Below are positions 12,061 to 24,339 of a stretch of DNA of 64,000 nt, piece by piece. Source of the DNA: Dicyema japonicum (Eukaryota; Animalia; Dicyemida); contig RDEW01000041.1 of assembly GCA_011109175.1 (NCBI GenBank), positions 434,001 through 498,000 of the forward strand, given 5' to 3'. The stretch's first letter is position 1; every line of letters starts with the position of its first letter. The position numbers and the translations under genes are program-made. The notes below the pieces were generated by a model that saw only the letters and a program-made list of their open reading frames with translations, searched no databases and was not told the origin of the DNA.

Positions 12061-12628
12061 TATCGATTGAAGAACCCTATACTTAATTTATTATCCCAAG
12101 GGACCACAAGAAAAAGAAAAAAATCTTCGTCTAATTAAGCAATGTCGGCGTCCATGCCTAGCCTCCTCCTAGGGTATGTTTTAAGATAATAAATTAATTT
12201 CTATAAAGAGAAAATTTCTTCCCACAGATTTGTCAACGAAACTGCAAAATAATAAATTTGGATGCCATGTGTCAATGGTTCTCCATTCCCAACCTCACGG
12301 TGAGAGCTTCTCAACCTGGATCGGCCTCAGCAAAAAACGAAGCATCTAAAAATACGCATCCTGGAGAGGACAGTCCGTTTTTGAAGGACTGAAACCTCTG
12401 GTATTACAGGACCCAAATCTCTTTTCTTCCTACAGATCGTTGATAGCAAAGCCCTCAATCACGAGACCTGCTTTATAATTTAAAACACTTTTTATATCTG
12501 AGAAATTTAAGACACGTGGAGAGTTGTGAATTTTATGTGAATTTGTTTTTAAAAAATTAATTTATTATTTATATAAAAATAATAAATTTAAAAATTTTTA
12601 AATAAAAATTGTTGATAAGTCCTAAAAT

Positions 12629-13397
12629 ATGTTCGAAAAGTCAGATTTTCTGAAATTATATTCCTGGATCGACTCAATTCCTCTGAGCCGCCCAAAAAAG
12701 AACATCAACAGAGATTTCTCCGACGGGGGTAAAATCTGAATTATTTAAGTTTTAATGGCCGAGGTGATGAAATATTACTTCCCCTCGATGGTTGACCTCC
12801 ACAATTATGTCCCCGCGAACGGATCCAAGCAGAAAACGGAAAACTGGAATCTAATCAACAGGCAAGTGCGGCATATGTTTGATATTCGATTTTCCACAAA
12901 TTTATTTTTAGCAAAATATTCCACAAATTGGGATTCGACTTGGCGACTGACGAAATCAGGGACATTGTCGCCTGCAAGGTCCATGCCATAGAAAGGGTCC
13001 TCTTCTACATTCTTGACAACGTGACCACGTGGGCTCAAAAGAGCGGAAAAATGAAAGGTGGGATCTGCTAATAAATTGATTTTTACTTAATTGATCGTTT
13101 TAGATAGGGGATTTGCCAGGCACGTGGACAAAGCGCAGACTGACGAGTAATTGATGTTGATAATTATTTGGGGGAGAAATATATATAGGAACAAAGTCTG
13201 CAATCGGGAAGTCTGTGGGGGATGCATGGCTATAGGAGAGAAGGACGAACTGATTGACGTGGCTTTTTTTGTTATTTCAGATTTTGGAGAAGAAAATCCA
13301 CCGCCTTGAAAATTTGATTTGTCTGAAGGACATCCGCATTGACGAATTGTCCCTTAAAGTTAAAAATCTTGAGCAAATTGTGTTCTCTCACCGTTGA
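12629..13397 (+). CDS. SPEF1: Sperm flagellar protein 1 / CLAMP (CH domain plus coiled coil), 6 exons
   Basis: Spliced LYSWIDSIPLSRPKKNINRDFSDGVLMAEVMKYYFPSMVDLHNYVPAN..NW and C-terminal ILEKKIHRLENLICLKDIRIDEL; introns of 21-50 nt including a GC-AG intron at 12862-12911. Confidence 0.92.
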
Positions 13398-13483
13398 GTA
13401 TAATTTACTGCATTATTCTTATAAAAATAGACTTGTCAATTTATTATTCAAATTCTGTTATTATTCCTCAATGGGAGGGCGAC

Positions 13484-13731
13484 CATGTGACTCCCTTAGT
13501 AAGGAGAGACCAAGATCCTTTACGAGTTCTTTCGATAATTGAACAATGGCTCATTGGCGATCTATCACTTTCGTCCACTAGTACTGTTAAGTTATCGGAA
13601 TGACCACTATTTCTGTTTTATAGGTCAATATTAAGCCGAGTCACGTGGTTCCCTAAGTAGGAAGAGACCAAGATCCTTTACGAGTTTTTTTGGTGAAAAA
13701 TATCTTATTGGGGATCTATCAATTTCTTCCT
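13484..13731 (+). repeat. Diverged direct repeat, ~158 bp period
   Basis: GAGACCAAGATCCTTTACGAGTT and GATCTATCA blocks occur twice. Confidence 0.7.
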
Positions 13732-14094
13732 TAATTATTCTTATAGAGTCCGACCTCGACTCTGAGAAGACCTCACCTTGGTTTTTGAAACACCCTCAGA
13801 TTTTTGAACACATGGTAGGATTGGCGTAGAAATGGAGGACCCTTTCAAACAAAAAACGAGTTGGAGTTCAAATGCCATACAGGTGACAAAAATTCATGTT
13901 CTCGAGATGGAATTGCTGATTTTGTGTTACTTTAATGAAAAATTGCCTACGGAAAAGAAAATATTTTTTAAAAGCGACGAAACTTGTTTTTTCTGAAAAA
14001 AATCCGAAAAATCATTTCTCCAAAAAACGATAATTCATCTGGCTATAAGCAGAGCAAAGATAAAATTTTTAGATATCTCTCGGAATTCCCTTTT

Positions 14095-15440
14095 TTTAAA
14101 CCCCAAGACTACCAAGAAAGAAAGAATTAACTTGCTAAATTAACATCTCTCGAATTCTCTTCGAATGCTCCGCCAGTGAACCAACAGCGTTTCTGAAGTC
14201 TCTTCTTTTATTTCTGCAGAAGAATTCTATCAGAGTGCACTTTTTTTAATGCCGATCTGAATTCCTCCGCATGAACCACCCTCTCTCTGAATGGGTTTCC
14301 TAGTTCATTGCACATACGTAGGAAGCCCAGGACATTTCTCACCGTCGCCTCCTCTGAAAGCAGACTGGGGACAAATGTGGAGTCTGATTTCACAATATGA
14401 GCCTGAGGTCCTAGGTGCTTAAGGTGGATAGCACAGACACCGTCGGGGCCACAGGCTCGGGTTGGTCGTAGAAATTTAATGTCCTATCCACGTTGTACGT
14501 CGTATATGTCGACTGTTGTGGACCACCTCGTTCTACATGCAAAGATCGAGAGAAGTCCTTGTGGCTGATCGACACAGCGAGTTTCCGTGCATGTTCCGGG
14601 GCAGGAGTAACGGTTTCCACTCCGCCGTCATCTCCCTTTGTGAGCTTCCAGAAGGTTCCACACGAGTTCTTGTGGCATAGTCGACTAACAAGCCGACTCT
14701 ACTTGCGCCTGTGTTTATCATGGATTAGTTGGGAAATTCTGCGATTTAGAGAGCGTATGGACGATATAGAGCCATCTGATTGCATTCCGGTTTTCTTCAA
14801 GGCATCCCGTTTCTTGATTAGTTCCAGGATGCCCGAAGATAGTTTCGGATTGAATTTTCTGTAAAAGGATATTGGGATGAACCTTCTGTCCGCTTTTCGA
14901 ATAACTGAAGTTAACATCATGCCTGCCTCGTCAACAGGGAAGTCTTCCACAACGAGTCCCGATAGACAATTATCCACATACGTGCTGAATCCAAACCAAT
15001 TTGCCTTCGAATAGTTCTTGAACTTTGTAGAACATCTTGGCAGACAGATTGATCTTTTCAGTTTTAATACAATTGGGTTATGGTCGCTTGTTAAACCATA
15101 ACTAACATCCCATGTAAGGTATCCAGCAAGGGAGGGAGTGCATAATGACAAGTCCGGGGAGTTGGGCTATCCCCTCTTCGGATTGGGGTCCTCGTATGGG
15201 AATCCGGATTATTGAGAATAATTAATCCGTCGAGTATAGATAGGATGTACTCTCCACGATTGTCGGCTGATTGTGTCCGGAGCCAGAGCGGATGTTTGGC
15301 ATTTAAGTCTCCGCATAGTAGCAGATCCTTTAGTCCACACAGTCTCAATAGGTTGGAAATGTAGGAGGTAGTACATGACCCCTAAGGCGGGATATAGACA
15401 TTACACAGTGTAAAAAATCTCGTCAGAGAAAAAGGACACT
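14095..15440 (-). mobile_element. Internally deleted ingi-like LINE copy
   Basis: LCGDLNAKHPLW, SDHNPI, NYSKANW and SISHKDFS motifs shared with the adjacent plus-strand element; family 3' tail at 14095-14145. Confidence 0.85.
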
Positions 15441-15576
15441 TCAATAGAACGCAAAATTAGAATTTTAAGTTTTAATTTATTTTTAAATAAAAAATCTTTT
15501 AAATAAAATTTATTTAAATTTAATATTTGTGTAATGATGAGAATTAAGACAGGATCCCGGAGGGTCAAATTCTCGT

Positions 15577-15637
15577 GGCGTCATGTGGTTCACCTTTTGT
15601 GGTGGCGCTCAGTGTAATAATACACCAAAAAGAACCA
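15577..15637 (+). ncRNA. Candidate HDV-like ribozyme fold at the LINE 5' end
   Basis: P1 GGCGTC/GGCGCT (G-U first pair), P2 TGGTTC/GAACCA, P3 ACC/GGT, P4 TGTA/TACA, J4/2 CCAAAA; compensatory changes in three other copies. Confidence 0.6.
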
Positions 15638-15697
15638 TTTGCTCTTCCCCATCCAGACTCTTTATGCCTGGATGGTATACCTCAACTGGAAACTCGA

Positions 15698-15760
15698 GAT
15701 GTTGTTTTGTTCCTCTGGATTCTATTGCTTTCTGGAGATATTGAACAAAACCCTGGACCA
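15698..15760 (+). other. 2A-like (StopGo) ribosome-skipping peptide
   Basis: DVVLFLWILLLSGDIEQNPG|P fits D(V/I)ExNPGP directly before the APE domain. Confidence 0.85.
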
Positions 15761-18700
15761 AAACCCCTTGTTATTATGCAACTCAATGCTAACGGAATAA
15801 AAACAAAGATTCTGGAGTTACGATCTTTATTAACGAAGCAAAAGATTGACATCTGCCTTATCCAGGAGTCAAAACTTTCTACAAAGAGTTCGACCCCACT
15901 TTTTCCTGGATACATCTCTATCAGAAAAGACCGCATTAGACGTGGTGGCGGCTTACTCACAATTATCAGAATCGGTCTATCCTTCCACGATGTAAGCTTG
16001 CAAGTGGATGATTTTATTCTACACGACAAGACCGCGGAACAAATTTCTATTGATCTTATTAATGGGTCAGAACATCTTATTCTAATCAACATTTACATTC
16101 CACCGCCGGGATCCTGTCCTAATAACTATGTTCCGAAGCTCGACAAACTACAAGAAATTCGAAATGTGTTACTATGTGGGGATTTCAATGCCAAACATCC
16201 GCAATGGTTTAGTACTCAGTCGGCAGACAAGAGAGGGAGTCTAATTATCGACTCTCTCAAAAATGGTGATTCTGAATCACCCGAATATGATCACAAGGAC
16301 ACCTATCCGAAGAAATGACAACCCAACCTCCCCGACATATCCATTGCTTCCTCTAGGATTGCCCCGAAGATTTCATGGAACGTCTTCTACGATTTTATAG
16401 TGATCATAATCCATTATATTAAAACTGAGCCGATTCAATAACTCGCGTAGAATTAAAGCAACCTTCAAGGTCTACAAGAAAGCTGACTGGTCGAATTTCA
16501 AGCTCTTCATTGACAATAACCTAATACACTTTGATCCCACCTCATTTTGCTCCATCGACAAAGCAGTGGACCATCTAAACCATGTAATCCTTCAAGCTGA
16601 AAAGTTGTTTGTACCACGTGCAGTTTACAAATCCTACAAGCCTACTCTGGACTCGGAGACTCGTCTCCTCATCAAACAAAGAAACTCCCTGAAGATGAAT
16701 CATCTGCAAACCTCTTCTGATTTGCAAAATATAAAATGCTTAAATCAGAGAATTACAAAGCTCATCAGAGAAAAGAAAGATAGGGCGTGGAACCGCCTAT
16801 TATCATCTATTGGACATATGAAATCCACGAGTCTTTTATGGAAAACTATTCGTCGAATCAAGCTAAACTTATCAGATGAATCAGAATCTTTTTCTGCTCC
16901 AAATACTGTGCAAGCTAACAACCTAATGAAATATTACGCATCCATAAGTCACAAGGACTTCTCGAAATCCCATTCTTGTCACCTTCAGAATTTAGTGCCT
17001 AAACCAACTTCGTGGATCAATTTATTTACGCATGCCGAGGTCACAGGTTATAAGATCGATGAAGAGATCTTTTTACGTGTGGACCTGACGGCATTCCGGG
17101 AATTTTGTTAAACACCTTGGTAATGCTGCAATCAATTCATTACGTCAATTTTTAATTTGTCTTCTAACATGAATCATCCATGCAAATGGAAGAACTCACT
17201 TATAATACCGATCCTTAAACCAGGAAAACTGAAAACCTCACCTTCTTCCTACCGTCCAATTTCATTAACGTGCGCATTATCGCGCCTAATGGATAAACTC
17301 GTACTCTGGAAAATTAAACCCCATTTGCCCGACTGCCACTTTCAACATGGTTTCATATGTGAGCGTTCAACTACGACACATTTGATTTCACTGTCTCAAT
17401 TTATATCAGACGGGTTCAACGTACCGAAACGCCATCTACGGACAATAATGGTTTCCCTGGATATCCAGAAGGCGTTCGATTCTGTCTCGAGAATATTACT
17501 CACAAAGAAGGTTTTTGACACCACCATTCAGACGGATTTGAAAAGATGGATAGCCAATTTTCTCTCCGGAAGAAGAGGACGTGTCTGTATAGGCCACGCA
17601 AGATCGAGGTCCCGTCTCCTACCAAATGGCGTCCCTCAAGGATCGCCCCTCTCTCCGGCATTATTCAACTTGTTCCTCAACGATTTACCCTGCCCTGGAG
17701 GACCAGATTCAATGCTTCTCACTTATGCTGACGACCTAATCATCGCTAGCAGGAAAAATACGTGGGTACAGCAAAATCAGAGCTTCAGTCACATATTGAC
17801 TACCTGGGAGCCTGGTTGAAGTTGAATCGTCTCTCCGTATCCAGGGACAAATCAACATACAATTTTCACCACGGACAGAAAAGAAAAACATACACTGGAT
17901 TTGAACATTTTTGGAGACTCCTTACCACTACAGACTCGTCCCAACTATCCTGGGAGTGACATTTGACCCTTTGATGACATTTTCTCAAACATGTGAAGAA
18001 CGTTATGACAAAGGGTCCTCAGGAAACTTAATATAATCAAACCGCTCTTGAAGTCCAAACCTTCACAGGAATGCGCGCCTCGTCGTGTTCAATCAACTCC
18101 TAAAACCGACGATTGAGTACGCCTTGTGCCTCATGGGCCTATGGAGCTTCGATATCAAATTCACTCAAGATCAATACCCTAATTGGCAAAACTAGCACGT
18201 CAAACGAAATCTACCCCCGATCTTTTCCCTCCAATGCTTGACCACGCCGCAATCAAAAATAATGGCTCCGGCTTCATCTGTCTGTGTGGCCAAGAAACAA
18301 GTCGTTTCTTCCATTCAAGGCTAAAGGCCTTCAAATACACGAAAAATTTGGGGAAAAAAACCCACTCCTCTTCAAACTCTAATGAAAGATGATCGTCGTC
18401 TATTCAAGGAAAGCCGTGGGTACTCTGGAGGAACACAGGAAAACCTCTCGATCCTGTTGAGGCGTACCGGGATCACTTAATTAGTTGGTTTACTCCTTCT
18501 TTCTTGGTGTTCCCTTTTCGGGGTTATTAAATAATAATGAGAATTAAACGACGTTACTTTGTTCCTGAGTTTATATTCTCCAGATTACAACATTTCTGGT
18601 ATTACCCCAAGCCAAATCTTGCAACATCGGTCAAGAAGATGACCAGTTTGTTGTATGGAGACCTAACGGGTTGGGCCACTCTTCTTAAGCCAAATTTAAA

Positions 18701-19349
18701 ATAGTTATACTTCAATCCGCACGAGAAAAGTGGGATCATCACAAGAAGTTGCAGAAAAATGATGTCAACAACTTTCCGTGGGAAAACTACCTCCCGTTGT
18801 GGGTGGAAGACTGTTCACGTTTTCTGTGAGTATTCGTCAGTTGCTTGTCGAAGTACACAATATCCAAGAAAAACAAGGTGTTGAGGACTTTTCTAGAGAC
18901 TTCGATTTTTTGGAATGATGGCAAATGTTCCACTTTTCAAATGGGATAAGAGGGATCGTAATTTCCAACACTTGATTGCGGATTCCGTTTACATTTATTG
19001 TAGATTAGTCAATGTGTAAGTTGGATCCCGGATCAGGTTCCTACATCCACCAGACAAAAATAGTTAAAGAGAAAAACGAGAGAATTGGTAGGCCACCCTT
19101 CTTGAAGATCGCAGAAGGGTAAGGGATAGGTCCCGGAACGGTTCTTCTTTCCATGCAGAACTTGCCACTAAGCGCAAACTACAACAACAGGTAAACGGCA
19201 TGACCCCACGCTAATAAAACTTTTCAGGATTCCCTTAAAAAAAACTAACAGCTATAACTTTTAAAAAAAATGGATTTGGGAGTAGAATTTTACATTTTAT
19301 GCCAACACACCACAATAAAAATCTGTAAGTTTTATTTATTCTTTTATAG

Positions 19350-19680
19350 ATCTATATAATAAAAAGAATAAGTTGTCAGTCTGTTTGTCCGTGCAAACTT
19401 ATTATAGCTTAAAAAAAGGATATGCCTAAGATAAATTGCCAAAATAATATGATTCAACCTCTTCAAAAGAGATCGGTCCCTTAGAAAATTAAAATTCTAA
19501 AAGAGTTATAAAAAAGAGATTCATTGGGAAAATTAGATGATTTCGACCTCTTCAAGAGATCGGTCCCTTAGAAAATTAAAATTCTAAAAAGAGTTAAAAA
19601 AGAGATTCATTTGAAAATAAAATGATTCGACCTCTTCAAGAGATTGTCATCCCTTGTCATGCAAGATGAGTGCGGGTCGT
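19350..19680 (+). repeat. Possible non-autonomous Helitron 5' end with ~88-bp tandem unit (about 2.3 copies)
   Basis: TCTATATAATAAAA..GTCTGTTTGTCC start; unit TTC(A/G)ACCTCTTCAA..GAGATCGGTCCCTTAGAAAATTAAAATTC repeated over ~19450-19645; no 3' CTAG hairpin identified. Confidence 0.45.
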
Positions 19681-19729
19681 TTCCCCAGGCATTCCTGTCT
19701 TAACATGACATTAAAGAATTCCCTTGCCT

Positions 19730-20155
19730 TCTGCTGGACACCATTGCCTGTTAGAAACCTGCTGGTCTTTCCCGAAACGATAGAAAACGCTCTGATGGGA
19801 TGACGACTTTTCCATTCTCCAACGGACGAAACCTGATTCTGGGACGCGACGTGTGTTGATACTTATTCCCCGTCTAATTTGGTTGCTTCTGCTTCAGACC
19901 CCAGGACATGCTTCAAAGCAGGCCGAGGAACGAAAGAGGAGGAAGTACCAGAGAATTTCGGAGGAGTATCTTTTTGTTCCATCCCGCGGTGGAAACGTCA
20001 GGAATTCCTTGGCCCCCAAGCAGATGAAGTTGGTTCGTTAAGATCGGCTCCATGATTCAGCTGTGACTAAGGATTCCGCGAGAGGACTGGTTGGTTCGAG
20101 AACGTATCTCGTTGGCTATTGTTAGGGGAAATAGCATGGCCATTCAGATGCCTTA
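19730..20155 (+). mobile_element. CRE-clade REL fragment
   Basis: EPAGLSRNDRKRSDGMTTFPFSNGRNL..WDATCVDT..ERISLAIVRGNS across frame breaks. Confidence 0.8.
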
Positions 20156-20590
20156 ATTTAATTTTTATTCATTTGATAATAAAATTTTTTACTTTTATTC
20201 GTTAAATATAATTCACTAAGGAATAAACTGATCTCCTGAATTTTTAGTGACAAATATTAATATAGTGTCCACCAATATTGAACTCTTGCCAACCTTATGA
20301 GATCTCTGACAAGCAATATTTCTGGGCCACGCGACTCACAATTATGATGGCATTTGGGAGAAAGGAGTTACGGTTTTCTACCCTACAAACAGGGTGGATA
20401 AAAGATCCTTGAACGTCGGAGTTTTACAAAATAAATTGAATGGATATTTTACTATTACATTGGTTAGTTGACATGATGATGCAGCTCTCAAAGATTCCTT
20501 CCTTAATTTTTTGAATTCCTAGAGCGTCGTCCAAATTGTCCAGGTTAGGAAATTTTTCTAAATAAATTGTCAAAATGTAAAAAAATATGA

Positions 20591-21175
20591 ATGAATCAAG
20601 AAAACTTAGCAATAAAGAAAATCCCGTTCTCAACAAAGAAAATATACTCGAAAAAAATACGGAAGATCAATATTTTGTTGATGTCAACGAATTCAAACCA
20701 ATTTTGGTACGAAAAACTTAACTTCTTCCACGTGAATTATGAGATCCACCCATTATTATCAGTCCCTCTGATTTTCCCGGATACGGTGATGCGGATAATC
20801 ACAAACGACCTCCAAAACCTGGTCTCTAGATACTATTTGTATGACTGCAGGAGCAAAAAGGAGTTCAAAGGAGGCCATATTTTGGGGGCAACTCTGTTTG
20901 CGGAGGAAGAGTTCAAAGAAAATATCCAAAATTCAATGAGAGGAACACTATTCATATTTTACTGCCAATATTCGTCAAGGAGGTGTTTGAAGGTTGTCTC
21001 TAAAATACAGAAAGAAATCAAAAGGATCTCGGACTTTGAAAAGATGACGTCATGCCCAAATTTATCTATTATTAAAGGAGGGTACGACGGATTTTTCAAA
21101 GACTACCCAAACTATTGCAAACCTCGTGGATATTTGAAAGAAGAAGATATTTGTGAGATTTATTATAATGTATAA
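20591..21175 (+). CDS. CDC25: Cdc25-like (rhodanese-fold) phosphatase, intronless
   Basis: DCR..EFKGGHILGA, CX5R site CQYSSRR, IKGGYDGFF..YCKPRGY. Confidence 0.82.
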   Translation: MNQENLAIKKIPFSTKKIYSKKIRKINILLMSTNSNQFWYEKLNFFHVNYEIHPLLSVPLIFPDTVMRIITNDLQNLVSRYYLYDCRSKKEFKGGHILGATLFAEEEFKENIQNSMRGTLFIFYCQYSSRRCLKVVSKIQKEIKRISDFEKMTSCPNLSIIKGGYDGFFKDYPNYCKPRGYLKEEDICEIYYNV

Positions 21176-21295
21176 ATCAAAATAAATTTATTTCGTTAAT
21201 TTAATTTATAATTTTAAATGTAATCTTTGTTTCTTCAGGTGGTGATTTTTTCCAATTTTCATTAACTAATTTTTTCTTAAATCTGATGTTAAAAC

Positions 21296-21480
21296 CAGGG
21301 CTGTGGAGTCGGTAAAATATAGCACGACTCCCGATTCCGACTCCTCGACTTCGTTTCCGACTTTGTTTATTATATAAAAAAAAATTCAGTCGTTGTAAGA
21401 ATAACAGAAGAAATCGGAGTCGTCCTTTTTATCATTGACTCCGAGTCCTCAAATATTATTTCTTCGACTCCGACTCGACA
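21296..21480 (+). mobile_element. DNA-transposon terminus with subterminal CGACTC repeats
   Basis: CAGGGGCTGTGGAGTCGG followed by several CCGACTC/GAGTCG motifs; partner end not found. Confidence 0.45.
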
Positions 21481-22504
21481 CAAATCAAATATTCTCTCCA
21501 CTGTGAACAAAATAATTTTGTCTGCAATTTCGAAATATGTCATGCGATCCACTCCCCTCAGGATACGTGTAGTGCTTGGATGGCACCCAAAAAAAGATTT
21601 ATCTAATTTTACTTTAGTGGCGAGGTCCCGTAATGGCAGATATGGATGGACGTGATGTTTGGAAAAAGCGACATCATAATATTATTCCTGCGTTTAAATC
21701 ACGATCCACGCTATTCACTTTCAAGGCTTAGAGACGAGTTCAAATCTTTCCTTGACAACTTTTCCATCGCCATTGAAAGATCACTTGTGATACTTTTATG
21801 AATTTTACATATCATACACTAAGTCCTTACCAAGAGAGATAGGAAGTTTTAAAAGAAGAATGCTCTCCCTCAATCAGCCTATATCAGCAAGTTCTATCAT
21901 CGCTTCAATGATGGAATAGCATGTTCAACCTGGAGTTTTGCTCTTGCCTTTTTTAGGATCGAGAAAATAATGTGTTTTCTTTTATTGGAGAGTCCATAGA
22001 TCGTCACTGTCTTTTCAAAATAGTCTACAAAAAACAGTGACTATGTAAGTAGAAAACCTCCAGGAAAGGATAATGTCCACATTAGTGAGATCCAGGTAAA
22101 AGAGGAGGAAAATTTAATTTTATAGAATAGTATTAAAATGATATGGGGTAAAATCGAAGATACTGACCACGTGGAAAGATTTCTAAGCTGATTTGTTAAT
22201 AAATTGCAAAAAATACTTATCTACGACATACATTAAGCTTATTTCTGGACTGAAACAGAACATTTCTGATCATAACGTGTCTACATAATCACAACGTGTT
22301 CCATCAGAGCCTTTCTCTATGGACAGTGATCCAGAAGATATTTTTTGGGAAATTGAGGTCAAAGTAATAACTCTCGGCCACGAAAAAATAGTTTCCAAAA
22401 AAATAAATGGTTAGACGAGAGTAGTATCCGTAAAACGCCGTCGTTGCCAGGGACAATACTGTCCTTGTCACAACGCCTGAAGTGCTCGAACAGCTCAGAC
22501 TAAA

Positions 22505-24240
22505 ACATCCATGCCCCCCGCCTATTCGTGTCCCCGGGATATGTGACAAGGACGACCGTCACCGAAGGCGAAGTACGGCGCAGCATTTCGTCGTTCGCAG
22601 CGAGTAGCAGTGGTGGTCTCACATTAAGGATCTCACGGCTGGGAAGAAGCTGACTGCACCTTGTCAAATCAATTACAAAACTGGCTACGGGGATATTTCT
22701 CCTCACGCAAAGGAGCTTGTATTCAGCGCACATCTACTAGCCTTCAATAAACCTGAAGGTGGGGTCCGCACCATCGCGGTCGGCAACTATTTCAGAAGGC
22801 TGACAGCTAAAATTGCATCCAGCATTGTCTGTCCGAGAATATCTGATAAATTTTCCCCCTCCAACTACGGGTCGGTGTTAGGTACGGATGCGAGGCGGCG
22901 GTGCATGCTACAAGATGCTTTTTTGGACAGAAAGACGAACAAAATCCGCACATGGGGGTTAAACTAGACATTGTACTGCCTTCAATTCACTATGGAGGGA
23001 TCAAATTTTCGAAACTTTAAGCAAACGATCCCCGGAACTTATTCCATTCGTCTACCGCCCATCTACTAAAAAAGGAGGATGAACTTTCTAGAGTTACGGA
23101 GAAACTCTCCTTACTCAATGCTCATACAACGTTCTTCTTTTTGAAGTATAGCATCGGCTTGCCCAAACTCCTATACGCTCTCCGTTGTTCTCCCTGCTTC
23201 AAACATCGTGACATCCACCTGTCACTGGATAGGACATTGAGAAAATCAGTCGAATCGGTTCTAAACATTTACTTTGACGTGTCGAGTTGGAATCGATACA
23301 AGCTTCCTACACTCCTCGGAAATACGGGTCTCAGGTCAACACTGGAGTTGGCTTTTCCAGCATATCTGTCATGACTTTCAAGTGGAAGTCTTTTGGTTCA
23401 AGATATTCTACGTTTTCCAACCATACTTTCTTGGGACACAGTCTTCGATGAAGCTCGTCACGAATGGTGTGAAACGATCCTTCGATGCAATGCGACTGGG
23501 ATGAGATCTACTCCAAGAATATCTTCGACGTGCTAAAGTCTGAGGCCAACCAGCATCGTCTTGCATGTCTCGTGTCCGCCGCCAACCATGGGAGCGAAGC
23601 ATGGCTGGATGCACTTACGTGTTCCTCTCTGGGTACACTTTTGACGATGACTGTATTCGGATTGAGATCGCTCAGCGCCTAGGAGTTGACATATGCGTCG
23701 AACACCAATGCTGTTGTGGAGGAATCGTCGATGCCAAAAGGCTACATCAGCTTTCGCGCAAAAAGAGTGCGGGCAGAGCACCCCGCCACGTTGCTATGAA
23801 CAACATTGTCATACGTGCTCTGAAGCTTCCAGCAGTGTTAGAGCGCATAGGATTAGACCAAGAAGACGGGAAAAGGCCGGATGGGCTAACAATTTTTCTG
23901 TTCTCTGAGGGAAGATCGCTGTATGGGACTTCACTTGTGTGGATTTTTTTCTAACTCAATGATGCTAACTTTGGCGCAGTCTGATGGACCGACAGCCGAT
24001 CTTGCTGAGAAAATCAAGATAAAAAATATGGTGGAATTGGAGATCGCTTTCGTTTTGTACCAATGGAAATCGAAACGTCTGGTGCTGTGGAAAGTATCAC
24101 AGCCTCGTCCCTGATGGAAATCAGAAGAAATTGGCCCATCGTAAAAAAGACGGTAAGCCGTCTAACTGAGACAACGAATGGAGATTATAGTCGTCCACGT
24201 GAAACGATTACTTCATAATTTGAGCAGCCGCACTTTCCTA
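22505..24240 (+). mobile_element. Degenerate, internally deleted CRE-clade element
   Basis: GGVRTIAVG, GCEAAVH, SAGRAPRH, DGKRPDG motifs with many frameshifts. Confidence 0.85.
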
Positions 24241-24339
24241 ATACCCTAACTGCCTTTTTCTTGTTGTTTTAATAATAATTAATTTAATTAAAAAAATAAA
24301 AAAATAAATTAATTTGTTTTTGGTAATTTTTTTTTTAAA

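Larger units (their letters stand above)
15548..18531 (+). mobile_element. Near full-length ingi/Vingi-like (I-group) non-LTR retrotransposon: 2A peptide, APE endonuclease, RT; frameshifted
   Basis: LLLSGDIEQNPGP; QLNANGI, CLIQESKL, GGGL, CGDFNAKHPQW (APE); SYRPISL, FQHGF, LDIQKAFD, GVPQGSPLSP, TYADDL (RT); TSD TAAT(G/A)ATGAGAATTAA at 15532-15547 and 18532-18547. Confidence 0.9.

Noticed and set aside
12513-12628. Yeast-type point centromere (CACGTG plus A/T tract)
   Set aside because: No CDEIII-like element, spacing is inconsistent at other sites, and the tract is the SPEF1 upstream region
19450-19645. CRISPR-like array
   Set aside because: Whole ~88-bp units repeat with no unique spacers; eukaryotic context and no cas genes
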